DNA of 64,000 bases from assembly GCA_050950165.1 (NCBI GenBank), contig JBMNHC010000001.1, forward strand, positions 124,673 to 188,672. Direction: 5' to 3'. A model generated the notes under the pieces. The model was not told the DNA's origin and made no database searches. It was given only the letters and a program-made list of their open reading frames with translations. Below, piece by piece: positions 39,384-49,923 of the stretch (positions within the stretch are counted from its first letter, which is position 1; every line of letters starts with the position of its first letter). The position numbers and the translations under genes are program-made. Source of the stretch: Candidatus Dojkabacteria bacterium. Lineage in GTDB: Bacteria > Patescibacteriota > Dojkabacteria > SC72.

Positions 39384-40117
39384 TAGTAATAAAAAACACT
39401 TAAAAATAATTTGAAGTAAGTAAATAATTTATAAACACAAAAGAATAGTATTCCATATCTATCTTTTATTACAACACTTGTATCCCCATAAGATCTTCTC
39501 AAATCTGAACTTACTCCATCACCATCATAATCACATATAACTAAATCTATCTTTTTTACTTTATAATTACCTTCAAAAACCTTACACAATAAATCAAAAT
39601 CTGCTGCAATTCTATACTTCTCATTTAACCCTCCAACCTTATCAAATATCCTTTTCTTAATAAAAACAGCCTGTTGACTCACCTTATTACCCAATTTAAG
39701 ATTAAACTTTGTTAAAGTTCTATCTCTTATATAACTCTTCTCTCCATTTTTACTAACAACCCTGATCTTTCCATAAACAAGATCATCATCCTCTATAGAT
39801 TCTGTAACATTCTTAAGAACATATTTATTATAAAAAACATCTCCAGCATTTAGAAAATATAAATACTCTCCTCTTGCAACCTTAGCACCCTTATTCATTG
39901 CATTATATATACCTTCATCTCTCTCTGATACCCAATAGCTAATTTTATTATCATATCTTTTTAAAATCTCCTTCGTACCATCTGTAGAATCCCCATCTAT
40001 AACGATATATTCATAATCTTTAAAAGATTGAGTAGAAACACTCTTAATAGTTTTTTCTAAATCATCCTTAGCATTATACGAAACAGTTATTATTGAAAAT
40101 TTTGGACTACTCTTCAT
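39383..40117 (-). CDS. Glycosyltransferase family 2 (WcaE-like)
   Basis: SIITVSYN, IDGDSTDGT, GIYNAMNKG and FLNAGD. Confidence 0.9.
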   Translation of the reverse strand: MKSSPKFSIITVSYNAKDDLEKTIKSVSTQSFKDYEYIVIDGDSTDGTKEILKRYDNKISYWVSERDEGIYNAMNKGAKVARGEYLYFLNAGDVFYNKYVLKNVTESIEDDDLVYGKIRVVSKNGEKSYIRDRTLTKFNLKLGNKVSQQAVFIKKRIFDKVGGLNEKYRIAADFDLLCKVFEGNYKVKKIDLVICDYDGDGVSSDLRRSYGDTSVVIKDRYGILFFCVYKLFTYFKLFLSVFYY

Positions 40118-41204
40118 AAAAATAGTTCTTATCAAAATATTCTTGACTCCAAATCTCTCTTATCTCCTCCTGAGACTCTAATATTCCTTTCTCTAAATCT
40201 CTTCCTTCTATCTTGCCTCCATCTATTTCCTTTAATATAGTGATTAACTCTTTTTCAGTAGAATATAACAAACTATTATACCCATTTTTTAATATCTCTG
40301 TATTAGCTGATATATCTGTTGCAATAGAAGGTTTACCTAACATAATATGATGAATCATTTTTAAACTAGGTTGGTCACCACTTATTCTAGGAATCAAACA
40401 ATACATGGCCTTACTAAGGATATAGTTAGACCTTTCTATATCTAATACTCCAGTAAAATGAATCTTCTCCTTCATCTCCAATCTCTCAACTAAAGAGCTA
40501 ATCTCCTGCGTAAACTCTCCTATTAAAACTAAATCATAACTAGGATTAACCTTAGAATATACCTTAATAAATTCCTCTACTCCTTGATACTTTTTAAAAT
40601 TACCACTATATGCTAAATATCTATTCTTTGTAGGAATAGATGTCTCTTTTAATTCTAAATTTGATTCATCGTATAGAAGGAATGTTTTCTTCTTATTAAT
40701 ATTTTCATATATTTTCCAGTTTGCAATTATTAAATCAAAACGAGAATAAACAAATTTTGCTATTAATCTAAATATATTGATTAATAACTTCGGTTTATTA
40801 GTAATTCTTAAATTATCTACAATTGTGTTATGTAAATCATATACATACCTAGGTTTTCTAAAAAAGAGAGAGAGTATAGAACCTACAAAAGCAGCTTCAA
40901 AATCTTCACAATGAATAATATGGTATTTATTTTTTCTAACTAAAGAAAAAGCTTTAAGTAATATCTGTAAATCTAATTTTAATTTCTTAAAGCTAATCTC
41001 ACTAACTCCAAGTTTAATATCTTCTCTACCATTAACTCTAATAACATTAACATTGATATATTTCGGATCTTTTCCAACAGGGTATACTAACAGATCAACT
41101 ATATTATTCTTTGAAAGTTTCTTTAATACAGAATCTACTCTCAAGGAGGAACCCTTCGGAATCAAATATGGAGTTGTGACTATATCAAGGATTCTATTTT
41201 CCAT
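40107..41204 (-). CDS. Glycosyltransferase family 4
   Basis: YSGNFKKYQG...PSLK...GKP..ATD GT-B pattern. Confidence 0.8.
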   Translation of the reverse strand: MENRILDIVTTPYLIPKGSSLRVDSVLKKLSKNNIVDLLVYPVGKDPKYINVNVIRVNGREDIKLGVSEISFKKLKLDLQILLKAFSLVRKNKYHIIHCEDFEAAFVGSILSLFFRKPRYVYDLHNTIVDNLRITNKPKLLINIFRLIAKFVYSRFDLIIANWKIYENINKKKTFLLYDESNLELKETSIPTKNRYLAYSGNFKKYQGVEEFIKVYSKVNPSYDLVLIGEFTQEISSLVERLEMKEKIHFTGVLDIERSNYILSKAMYCLIPRISGDQPSLKMIHHIMLGKPSIATDISANTEILKNGYNSLLYSTEKELITILKEIDGGKIEGRDLEKGILESQEEIREIWSQEYFDKNYFYEE

Positions 41205-41212
41205 GAATGCTT

Positions 41213-42170
41213 TTATAAACTATAATACCCTTTATACCACTCCACAAATTTACCTATACCCTCGTCTAATGTAATCTTAGGGTCATAACCTAACATCTCT
41301 TTTGCTTTACTAGTATCTGAATATGTTATCAATACATCACCCTTTTGCATAGGTAGTAATTTTTTCTTAGCCTTAATACCCATATGCTTCTCTAATATAG
41401 ATATCATCTCTCCTAAATCATCAGGACTACCCTTACCTAAATTAAAGATTTCATTCTCATATTCACAATCAATAGCTCTAACTACACCATCTACAATATC
41501 ATCTACATATGTAAAATCTCTCTTCAAATCCTTACCGTAGTTAAATACAGGAATCTCCTCTCCTTTTACTCATCTGATTAGCAAACTTAAATATTGCCAT
41601 ATCAGGTCTGCCCCACGGTCCATATACTGTAAAGAATCTTAACCCTATCGTCTTTAATCCAAACAGATGATGATATGTATACGCTATTAACTCATTAGAC
41701 CTCTTACTAGCTGCATACAGTGATATTGGACTATTTACATCCTGTATCTCAGTAAATGGTATATCTGCTGTATTACCATATACACTACTTGATGATGCAT
41801 ATATAAAGTGTTTAATACCTTTATCTTTGGTTAAGTTAATCATATTAACAAAACCAACCATATTACTATCTGCATATACATATGGATTCTCTATTGAATA
41901 TCTAACACCTGCTTGTGCTGCTAAATGACATACTCTATCTATATCATTCTCATCAAATACTTCCTTTAAATCATTAAGTTTAGATATATCTACTCTATAC
42001 AGTTTAAAGTTAGAATATTTCTCTAACTCTTTATTCCTATCTTCTTTTAAACTTACCTCATAGTAATCATTAAAATTATCTACACCTATTACAGTATCAC
42101 CCCTTTCTAGTAATACCTTTGCTAGACTATGTCCTATAAATCCTGCTGTACCTGTTACTAATATTTTCAT
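41213..42170 (-). pseudogene. UDP-glucuronate 4-epimerase-like SDR with a +1 frameshift
   Basis: TGTAGFIG, HLAAQAGVRYS, YAASK and GPWGRPDMA; removing one base from the run at 41564-41567 restores MSKGEEIPVFNYGKDLKRDFTYVDD. Confidence 0.85.
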
Positions 42171-42262
42171 TGATAAAAATCAATATATTAACCTTTTAAA
42201 TATACTATAATTCCTTACTCTTTTGTATTAGAATATAAAAGATTAGATTATATAGAAATCAA

Positions 42263-42949
42263 ATGAATACCTTAAATATCAAAAAATTCTTAAAAGATTT
42301 AAAAGAGAACCCTTATGAGTACAAAAAAGTACTACAATTTGTCAAAGACAATACTCCTCAAAATGGAAAAATTCTTGATGTTGGATGTGGATACGGTCGA
42401 TATTTAAAACCTCTAAGTAAAGAATTTAAAAACATAGTCGGTGTTGAGGCAAATAAACTAATAAGAGATACTCTCATACAAAAGGGACTAAAAGTGGTCT
42501 CTCCAGAGAAGTTAGATAGAAAAGAGAGATTTGACACTATTATTATGTCACATATTATAGAACATTTTCATCCTGAAGAACTTATAGAAATGATGGATCG
42601 TTATTTAGATCTCTTAAAGGTAGGAGGATGCATAATTATAGCAACACCAACTCTTACAGAGACTTTCTATATGGATCTTGACCATAAAAGACCATATTAT
42701 CCTCAATCAATAGAAGAAGTTTTTGATGGAAATAACCAACAAATAAAATCTTATTCAAAGAATAGATTGAGAACAGAAAAAATACACTTCAGAAAATCTA
42801 GATTTCAATTGTTCAAAAACTCGCTTTTATTTAACAACACAAAGAATTTGGGAATTGCTATTAATATCCTCCTTGCATTAATATTTAGAATTTCTTTCGG
42901 ATTAATAGGCTATAAAAGTGGATGGATAGGGATATTCAGAAAATTTTAG
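42263..42949 (+). CDS. Class I SAM-dependent methyltransferase
   Basis: ILDVGCGYG, FDTIIMSHIIEH and LKVGG..IIATP. Confidence 0.9.
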   Translation: MNTLNIKKFLKDLKENPYEYKKVLQFVKDNTPQNGKILDVGCGYGRYLKPLSKEFKNIVGVEANKLIRDTLIQKGLKVVSPEKLDRKERFDTIIMSHIIEHFHPEELIEMMDRYLDLLKVGGCIIIATPTLTETFYMDLDHKRPYYPQSIEEVFDGNNQQIKSYSKNRLRTEKIHFRKSRFQLFKNSLLFNNTKNLGIAINILLALIFRISFGLIGYKSGWIGIFRKF

Positions 42950-42958
42950 TTCTTTAAT

Positions 42959-44020
42959 CTAAAAAAAGTTAGCATGCCCATCCCTTTCCAATTTCTCAAG
43001 ATCACTCTCTACCATAATATCTACTAATTCTTCTAAAGAAGTTTTAGCTTTCCAACCAAGCTCTCTCTCCGCTTTAGAAGGATTTCCCAAAAGTAAATCA
43101 ACATCTGTAGGTCTAAAATATCTAGGATTAATTCTTACTAATACCTTACCAGTCTTTTTATCCTTACCTATTTCATCTACACCCTTACCCTCCCATACAA
43201 TTTCAAAACCTAATTTCTTACATGTTAACTCTACAAACTCCCTTACGGTATGTGTCTTTCCCGTTGCTATTACATAATCATCTGGTTTCTCTTGTTGAAG
43301 CATTAACCACATTGCCTCTACATAGTCTTTAGCATAACCCCAGTCTCTCTTGGAATCCATATTACCTAACTCTAATACATCCTGCATACCTAACTTAATC
43401 TTACAGAGAGCAGTTACTATCTTTCTTGTTACAAAGTTATGTCCTCTTCTCTCTGATTCATGACTAAACATTATTCCGTTACAAGCAAAGAATCCCTGCA
43501 CATCTCTATAGTGCTTAATCATTAAATGTGCAAACAATTTAGCTATAGCATAAGGACTGTGAGGTCTAAATTCTGTCAATTCAGTTTGTGGAGTCTCTAC
43601 AACTTTACCATACAAATCTGCGGTTGAAGCCTGAAACATTTTGCATTCTTTTTCAATCCCACTTTTTTTGACTGCCTCTAAAATTCTCAAAACCCCCAAA
43701 CCGTTGACATCAGAAGTTAGAATAGGTTGTTCAAAAGAGAGACTAACCTGACTCTGTGCCGCAAGATTATATATCTCATTAGGGGAAATCTCTTTTATAA
43801 TACTTATTAACCCTTCTTCATCTAGTAAATTGCCATAATGTAAAAACAGTCTCTTATTTATAATATTACTATCATTACAAAGATGATCTATAGAAAGTAG
43901 TTTCTTATCTTCTTCAAATATCAAACCATGTATCTCGTAATCTTTTTCTAAAAGAAGTTCTGTAAGAAAACTACCATCTTGACCATTTATTCCTGTAACA
44001 AAAGCTCTATTATTTGACAT
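42959..44020 (-). CDS. gmd: GDP-mannose 4,6-dehydratase paralog with divergent N-terminal half
   Basis: GINGQDG, YNLAAQS, YAIAK, HESERRG and RDWG; several conserved residues changed. Confidence 0.75.
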   Translation of the reverse strand: MSNNRAFVTGINGQDGSFLTELLLEKDYEIHGLIFEEDKKLLSIDHLCNDSNIINKRLFLHYGNLLDEEGLISIIKEISPNEIYNLAAQSQVSLSFEQPILTSDVNGLGVLRILEAVKKSGIEKECKMFQASTADLYGKVVETPQTELTEFRPHSPYAIAKLFAHLMIKHYRDVQGFFACNGIMFSHESERRGHNFVTRKIVTALCKIKLGMQDVLELGNMDSKRDWGYAKDYVEAMWLMLQQEKPDDYVIATGKTHTVREFVELTCKKLGFEIVWEGKGVDEIGKDKKTGKVLVRINPRYFRPTDVDLLLGNPSKAERELGWKAKTSLEELVDIMVESDLEKLERDGHANFF

Positions 44021-44585
44021 AGTTATGTAGTATATGATTTATCTATTTTTAACATCAGAGAACTATTTTACACCTAAAAGACTTTAAAAATAAATCTCTT
44101 CATCCTTCTCCAATTTCTCAAGATCACTCTCTACCATAATATCTACTAATTCTTCTAAAGAAGTTTTAGCTTTCCAACCAAGCTCTCTCTCCGCTTTAGA
44201 AGGATTTCCCAAAAGTAAATCAACATCTGTAGGTCTAAAATATCTAGGATTAATTCTTACTAATACCTTACCAGTCTTCTTATCCTTACCTATTTCATCT
44301 ACACCCTTACCCTCCCATACAATTTCAAAACCTAATTTCTTACATGTTAACTCTACAAACTCTCTTACGGTATGTGTCTTTCCCGTTGCTATTACATAAT
44401 CATCTGGTTTCTCTTGTTGAAGCATTAACCACATTGCCTCTACATAGTCTTTAGCATAACCCCAGTCTCTCTTGGAATCCATATTACCTAACTCTAATAC
44501 ATCCTGCATACCTAACTTAATCTTACAGAGAGCAGTTACTATCTTTCTTGTTACAAAGTTATGTCCTCTTCTCTCTGATTCATGA
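42987..44585. repeat. 477-bp direct repeat (42987-43463 and 44109-44585) covering the 3' halves of the two gmd genes
   Basis: Manual alignment at offset 1122 shows two mismatches (43157/44279 and 43241/44363), both synonymous. Confidence 0.92.
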
Positions 44586-45145
44586 TTAAACAATATACCA
44601 TTACAAGCAAATATATCGTATGCTTCTCTATAGTTTTTTATTATCCAAAAACCATATAACTTAGCTACTCCATATGGACTACGAGGATAGAAAGGAGTTG
44701 TTTCCGATTGAGGAGTTTCTACAACTTTACCATACAACTCTGATGTAGAAGCTTGATAAAACTTTACCTTCTTCTCCATACCCAATGTACGTATAGCCTC
44801 TAGAAGCCTTAATGTCCCTAAAGCATCAATATTAGCAGTAAACTCTGGTAACTCAAAAGATATCTGTACATGACTCTGTGCTGCAAGATTATATATCTCA
44901 TCTGGTTTAATCTGATTTATTATCCTTGTTAAACTCGCTCCATCAGTAACATCACCATAGTGTAAAAACATTCTTTTATCTAATATCTCAGGATTATCAT
45001 AGAGATGATGAATTCTCCATGTATTTACAGTACTTGCCCTTCTAATTAACCCATGTACTTCATAGCCTTTCTCTAAGAGTAACTCTGTTAAAAAGGACCC
45101 ATCTTGACCAGTAATACCAGTTATTAATGCTTTTTTCATAAACAT
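44084..45145 (-). CDS. gmd: GDP-mannose 4,6-dehydratase
   Basis: [29 protein letters not shown] and NHES, all canonical. Confidence 0.96.
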   Translation of the reverse strand: MFMKKALITGITGQDGSFLTELLLEKGYEVHGLIRRASTVNTWRIHHLYDNPEILDKRMFLHYGDVTDGASLTRIINQIKPDEIYNLAAQSHVQISFELPEFTANIDALGTLRLLEAIRTLGMEKKVKFYQASTSELYGKVVETPQSETTPFYPRSPYGVAKLYGFWIIKNYREAYDIFACNGILFNHESERRGHNFVTRKIVTALCKIKLGMQDVLELGNMDSKRDWGYAKDYVEAMWLMLQQEKPDDYVIATGKTHTVREFVELTCKKLGFEIVWEGKGVDEIGKDKKTGKVLVRINPRYFRPTDVDLLLGNPSKAERELGWKAKTSLEELVDIMVESDLEKLEKDEEIYF

Positions 45146-45209
45146 TTAGATTAAATTTATATCTTCTTTAGTACAAAGTAATTTAGAACCTGTACCTCAT
45201 ATCGCATAG

Positions 45210-46595
45210 CTATGCCCCTAAGTTATCAAACTTAAATATATTACTCATATATTCTACATCTAAATAGTTTCTAGCATCTAATAACCTTTTCTCTTTCATA
45301 AGAGTAGAAAGATATTCAAAATCTAACTCTTTAAACTGAGGCCAATCTGTAGCCACTACCACTATCTCACTACCTTTAAATACCTCATCTACATCCTCTG
45401 AATACACTAAACCCTTCTCCTCTGGAAATTCTAGCTTTGCTTCTTCTATAGCCTCAGGATCATAACCAACTACACTATATCCCTTCTTTACTAAAGCCTT
45501 ACACAATCTACCTGCAGGAGACATTCTCATATCACTAGTACCTGGCTTAAATGACAATCCCAGTACACCTACCTTGCTTTTTGGAGAAGTCCCCATATCT
45601 TCTATCTTCTGTAAAACAAAATCTACCTGTTCCATATTAACCTGCAAAATAGCCTTAAACAGAGTAGCATCTACATCATGCTCCTCTAAAGATTTAATCA
45701 AACCATTCACATCCTTTGGAAAACAACCACCTCCAAAACCAATACCTGCATACAAAAAAGACCTATTTATCCTTCTATCCATACCAACACCATCCATAAC
45801 CTCTGTAACATTTGCATCTACCTTATCACAAATTCTAGCTATATTATTCGCATATGATATTTTCATAGCCAGCATAGTATTGGAACACACCTTTATTAAC
45901 TCTGCACTCTCTAGTTTAGTACTCATGCACTTCTTGTTAAACTCTACATCTTTTCGGTTGTTATTATGCACATTATTACTAGCATACATACTAATCTCTG
46001 GATTTTTACTAATAATATCGTCTGCTAAAAACTCTATCTTTTCAAATATCTTAAAAACCTTCCTCTTAGCCTCTCTATCATCACCACCAATTACAATACG
46101 ATCTTGGATAATAGAGTCAAGAACCGCTGCACCCTCTCTTAGAAACTCAGGAGATGAAAGATATGCAAATTTAAGTTTAGGATTTACCCTTTTTATCCTT
46201 CTCATAGCTTCTCTACCTGTACCTACAGGAACTGTACTTCTCTGTACAAAAATAGTTCCATCTTTAATATATTTAACTGCACCCTCTACAGCTTCAAATA
46301 TATATCTCAAATCAAAACCACCACTAGGACCACTAGGAGTACCTACACAGAGAAATACAACATCCACATCACTTAACCCTTCTTTATAATCTAAAGTCGG
46401 AATTAAATTACCACTCTGAATACCATACTTAACTAAAGTATCCAACCCTAACTCATAGAAATATGATTTACCCTTCTTGATAGTATCTATCTTCTTCTTA
46501 TCTACATCTATACAGTATGTTTTATACCCTACCCTTGCTAGTAAAGCTGAAAGTGTTAATCCCACATATCCTGTCCCTATTATCGCTATCTTCAT
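45210..46595 (-). CDS. ugd: UDP-glucose/GDP-mannose 6-dehydrogenase
   Basis: GTGYVG, VGTP, PEFLREG, GFGGGCFPKD and FKPGTSDMR. Confidence 0.92.
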   Translation of the reverse strand: MKIAIIGTGYVGLTLSALLARVGYKTYCIDVDKKKIDTIKKGKSYFYELGLDTLVKYGIQSGNLIPTLDYKEGLSDVDVVFLCVGTPSGPSGGFDLRYIFEAVEGAVKYIKDGTIFVQRSTVPVGTGREAMRRIKRVNPKLKFAYLSSPEFLREGAAVLDSIIQDRIVIGGDDREAKRKVFKIFEKIEFLADDIISKNPEISMYASNNVHNNNRKDVEFNKKCMSTKLESAELIKVCSNTMLAMKISYANNIARICDKVDANVTEVMDGVGMDRRINRSFLYAGIGFGGGCFPKDVNGLIKSLEEHDVDATLFKAILQVNMEQVDFVLQKIEDMGTSPKSKVGVLGLSFKPGTSDMRMSPAGRLCKALVKKGYSVVGYDPEAIEEAKLEFPEEKGLVYSEDVDEVFKGSEIVVVATDWPQFKELDFEYLSTLMKEKRLLDARNYLDVEYMSNIFKFDNLGA

Positions 46596-46718
46596 ATTCC
46601 ACGATATTTCTAACTTAAATTCTTAGAGTAAGTATATACATTAAGAATATATGTTTCAATTTTGAGAAAATTACTTAAATGTGGTAAAAATATTGTAATT
46701 AATTTTCTTTTAAAAACA

Positions 46719-47669
46719 ATGTTTAACAAACCAAAACTCTCTATCGTTATACCCGTATACAATGAAGAAGAGAACATCCCATTAGTTAATGAGAAGATAA
46801 AGGAAGGATTGAAAGGTAAAATAGACTATGAGGTAATCTGGGTAGATGATGGTAGTACAGATAAAACTAGTAAGAAACTTAAACAAGCATCTCTTAAGGA
46901 TACTAATGTTCACGCTATTAGATTAATGAGTAGAGTTGGTCAAAGCGGTGCATTAATGGCTGGAATAGATAAGGCTGATGGACAATATATAGCTACAATA
47001 GATGGAGACAACCAAAATGACCCTGCAGATTTTTTAAAGATGATAAAGAAACTAGAAGAGGATGATTTAGATGCAGTTGTAGGTTGGAGAAAAAACAGAT
47101 GGAGTGGAAATATATTGAGGAGATTACCTTCATTAGTTGCGAATAAGATGATGAAAATTGCCTTTGGAGACTTAGGTATTCATGATACTGGATGTATGGT
47201 AAAAGTTGTTAAATCTTCCATAATGAAAGACATTAGACTCTATGGAGAACTACACAGATTTATGTCCTATCTTCTAGGGATGTATGGAGCAAGAATAGGT
47301 GAAGTAGAAGTCTATCATCAGAAGAGAGAGCATGGTAAAAGCAAATATGGATTTGGTCGAACATTAACAGTTATATTTGATATCCTCAATGTAAAATTTT
47401 TAACAATGAGAAGAAAAACCCCTATTCAATTTATGGGACCACTAGCTCTCTTTACATATTTTTTAAGTCTAGTAAGTTTTACTGTAGCTATAGTTGAGAA
47501 AGTAGTAAATCAAGCAGACCTCACAGAGAATCCACTACTACTAATAACAGTATTTGGAGTAATTATGGGAACACAATTTTTCTCATTTGGATTGTTAGGA
47601 GAGTTAATTCTAAGGTCATACTACGAGAACGGAAACAGAAAAACTTACGCTATTAGAGAAGAATATTAA
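46719..47669 (+). CDS. GT2 polyprenol-phosphate glycosyltransferase (ArnC/GtrB-like)
   Basis: IPVYNEE, DDGSTD, DGDNQNDP and LYGELHRF; two C-terminal TM helices. Confidence 0.9.
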   Translation: MFNKPKLSIVIPVYNEEENIPLVNEKIKEGLKGKIDYEVIWVDDGSTDKTSKKLKQASLKDTNVHAIRLMSRVGQSGALMAGIDKADGQYIATIDGDNQNDPADFLKMIKKLEEDDLDAVVGWRKNRWSGNILRRLPSLVANKMMKIAFGDLGIHDTGCMVKVVKSSIMKDIRLYGELHRFMSYLLGMYGARIGEVEVYHQKREHGKSKYGFGRTLTVIFDILNVKFLTMRRKTPIQFMGPLALFTYFLSLVSFTVAIVEKVVNQADLTENPLLLITVFGVIMGTQFFSFGLLGELILRSYYENGNRKTYAIREEY

Positions 47670-48613
47670 TCATCGTATCTCTCTTTTTTAAGCTCGTATA
47701 GTATTCTTTCTTGATTCTCTCTTACCCTATTTATCATATTCGCTAACAACCCTACTATTAGTAATAGCAGACCAAAAATTAAGAATCCGAATCCAATAAA
47801 ACCAATAAACTTAAAAGGTGTAAAATCTCCCGTATTCAAAAAATATATACCCAAGAATATCTCCATTATTAAACCGAGAGTAACAAAAATAGCCCCCATA
47901 CCACCGAAGAAGAGGAAAGGTTTGTAATTTTTTAATGTATTTATAATTATCTTTAATGTTCTAAAACCATACTTAAAAACATTACTAGCTACTCTTGATT
48001 TTCTCTCTTTAAAATATATTACACTAACGGGAACCTCTACTATCCTTAATCCCTTAAAAGCCATATCTAAAATACTCTCTTGGGTATATGTAAAACTACC
48101 AAAAAGATTAAGTCTAAGTAGTGCCTCTCTACTGTATGCCCTAAAACCACATGATACATCTACAAATTTATATCCCGTTAACAGAGATATTATCCTAGAC
48201 ATCTGTACATTACCCCAATACTTGTTCTTAGGCATATTCTCTGGAATACCATTACCAAACCTATTACCTACAACCATATCAGCCTCTCCTTTAAGAACAG
48301 GCCTAATTATATTAGGTATCTCACTACTATCAAACTGCCTGTCTGCATCAATACTCACTAATATATCTATCTCCTCTTCTAGAGCATACGAAACAGCACT
48401 CTGAAATGCACTACCTACACCCCTATTTCTACCATGACTAATTACATCTGCACCACACTTCTTAGCTATCTTAGCAGTGCTGTCTGTACTACCATCATCT
48501 ATAACTAAGATATTAACTTCTTTAATACCTTCTACACTTTTTGGTAAAGAAGTTATTACATCGGCAATACTCTCTTCTTCATTTAATGCAGGTATATATA
48601 TAGTTAGCTTCAT
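47666..48613 (-). CDS. GT2 polyprenol-phosphate glycosyltransferase
   Basis: IPALNEE, DDGSTD, DAD.Q and D.SCGFRAYSR; C-terminal TM helices. Confidence 0.9.
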   Translation of the reverse strand: MKLTIYIPALNEEESIADVITSLPKSVEGIKEVNILVIDDGSTDSTAKIAKKCGADVISHGRNRGVGSAFQSAVSYALEEEIDILVSIDADRQFDSSEIPNIIRPVLKGEADMVVGNRFGNGIPENMPKNKYWGNVQMSRIISLLTGYKFVDVSCGFRAYSREALLRLNLFGSFTYTQESILDMAFKGLRIVEVPVSVIYFKERKSRVASNVFKYGFRTLKIIINTLKNYKPFLFFGGMGAIFVTLGLIMEIFLGIYFLNTGDFTPFKFIGFIGFGFLIFGLLLLIVGLLANMINRVRENQERILYELKKERYDD

Positions 48614-48749
48614 CTTCTTTATATACTTGTTTTATATCACTCAATTATACTAATCTTAACAACCTCTTATCAACAAAATATTTTTATCTATATCTCTTTA
48701 TCCAATATATGGTATAGTTTAAGTAAGAATAATTTTTTAATTTATTTAA

Positions 48750-49877
48750 ATGACTAAGAAACATTTTTTAGTTCCAATATTAGCCATTTTAATATCTGCA
48801 CTATTTCCAATACATACACATGCTGCAGAATTTCATGATGGTAATTACATCTTAGAGGCAGAGACAATAGTAGAAGATGACCTCTATATAGCTGGAGATC
48901 ATGTAATGATCAAAGGGGTTGTAGATGGAGATGTAGTAATATTTGGACAGAATATCTCAGTAGATGGAACTGTTACTGGAGATCTATACATTTTTGGTAA
49001 TTCCATTAGTATAGGTGGTAGTTCATATGGAAATATTACTGCACTAGGATCAAATGTTAGTATAAAGGGTGCAACTGTAGGACAGAATGTCTTTATCCTA
49101 AGTGGTATGACAGATGTAGATGCTAATATCGGTAAAGATTTAAATGTTGCATCTGGTACAACAAAGATACTAGGAAGTATAGGAGATGATGCTAGAATAC
49201 TTTCAGGGCAGGTTTCTTCTGAAGCTACTGTTGGAGGAGATTTCTTACTCTCTAGTGAAAGTCATAATGTAAATAAAGAGAATGTAAAAGGTCAGTTCAT
49301 ACTCTCTACAGAAGCTCACGATAAGTCACTTGATAAAGATTCTAAGTTCCAACTTAGAAGAGGAGAGCTTCTAGGATTTAATTTAGGGATGGCAATTTTA
49401 TCCTTTGTAGGTATGTATATTGTTGGTGTATTACTAATCTATGTAGCTCCAGTAAAGACACTCTACATTGGTAAAAAGGTTACTAGCTCATGGGAAGATC
49501 TACTAAAAAGCTTTGCTATCGGATTATTAACCTTCATAGCAGTCCCGCTTCCACTTCTAATTCTTGTACTAACAATTGTTGGAGCACCATTAGCAATATT
49601 AATAACAGGAATATTAATATTCTTAGCTACTTTCGGAACCCTCTGGACAGAGATAGCTGTAGGACACAAGGTATTAGAGTTAGTTAAGTACAAAGATGAC
49701 TACAGATTCCTCTCTCTACTAGTAGGAAGATTCCTATCCTCTATTATCAAACTGATACCTCTTGTTAACACCTTCTACGGTCTCTCTCTTAGCATGATCT
49801 CTGTAGGAGCTGTAGTAAGAATGAAGTATGACAACTTTAAATCTAGTAAGAAAGCGAAAAGTAAAAAGAGTAAGTAA
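48750..49877 (+). CDS. Bactofilin-like beta-helix protein with C-terminal TM domain
   Basis: Signal peptide; repeated G.V.GD units; four or more C-terminal TM helices. Confidence 0.75.
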   Translation: MTKKHFLVPILAILISALFPIHTHAAEFHDGNYILEAETIVEDDLYIAGDHVMIKGVVDGDVVIFGQNISVDGTVTGDLYIFGNSISIGGSSYGNITALGSNVSIKGATVGQNVFILSGMTDVDANIGKDLNVASGTTKILGSIGDDARILSGQVSSEATVGGDFLLSSESHNVNKENVKGQFILSTEAHDKSLDKDSKFQLRRGELLGFNLGMAILSFVGMYIVGVLLIYVAPVKTLYIGKKVTSSWEDLLKSFAIGLLTFIAVPLPLLILVLTIVGAPLAILITGILIFLATFGTLWTEIAVGHKVLELVKYKDDYRFLSLLVGRFLSSIIKLIPLVNTFYGLSLSMISVGAVVRMKYDNFKSSKKAKSKKSK

Positions 49878-49879
49878 AC

Positions 49880-49912
49880 AAAAAAGGGAGCATTAGCTCC
49901 CTTTCTCTTTTC
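49880..49912. terminator. Bidirectional intrinsic terminator
   Basis: AAAGGGAGC-ATTA-GCTCCCTTT with A- and T-rich flanks between convergent genes. Confidence 0.85.
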
Positions 49913-49923
49913 TAGTTCCTTCT

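Noticed and set aside
42987-44585. gmd repeat as a DGR template/variable pair
   Set aside because: Both copies are coding, the two differences are synonymous and in opposite A/G directions, and no reverse transcriptase is present.
45574-46389. 271-aa + strand ORF
   Set aside because: Antisense shadow of the nucleotide-sugar dehydrogenase; no motifs.
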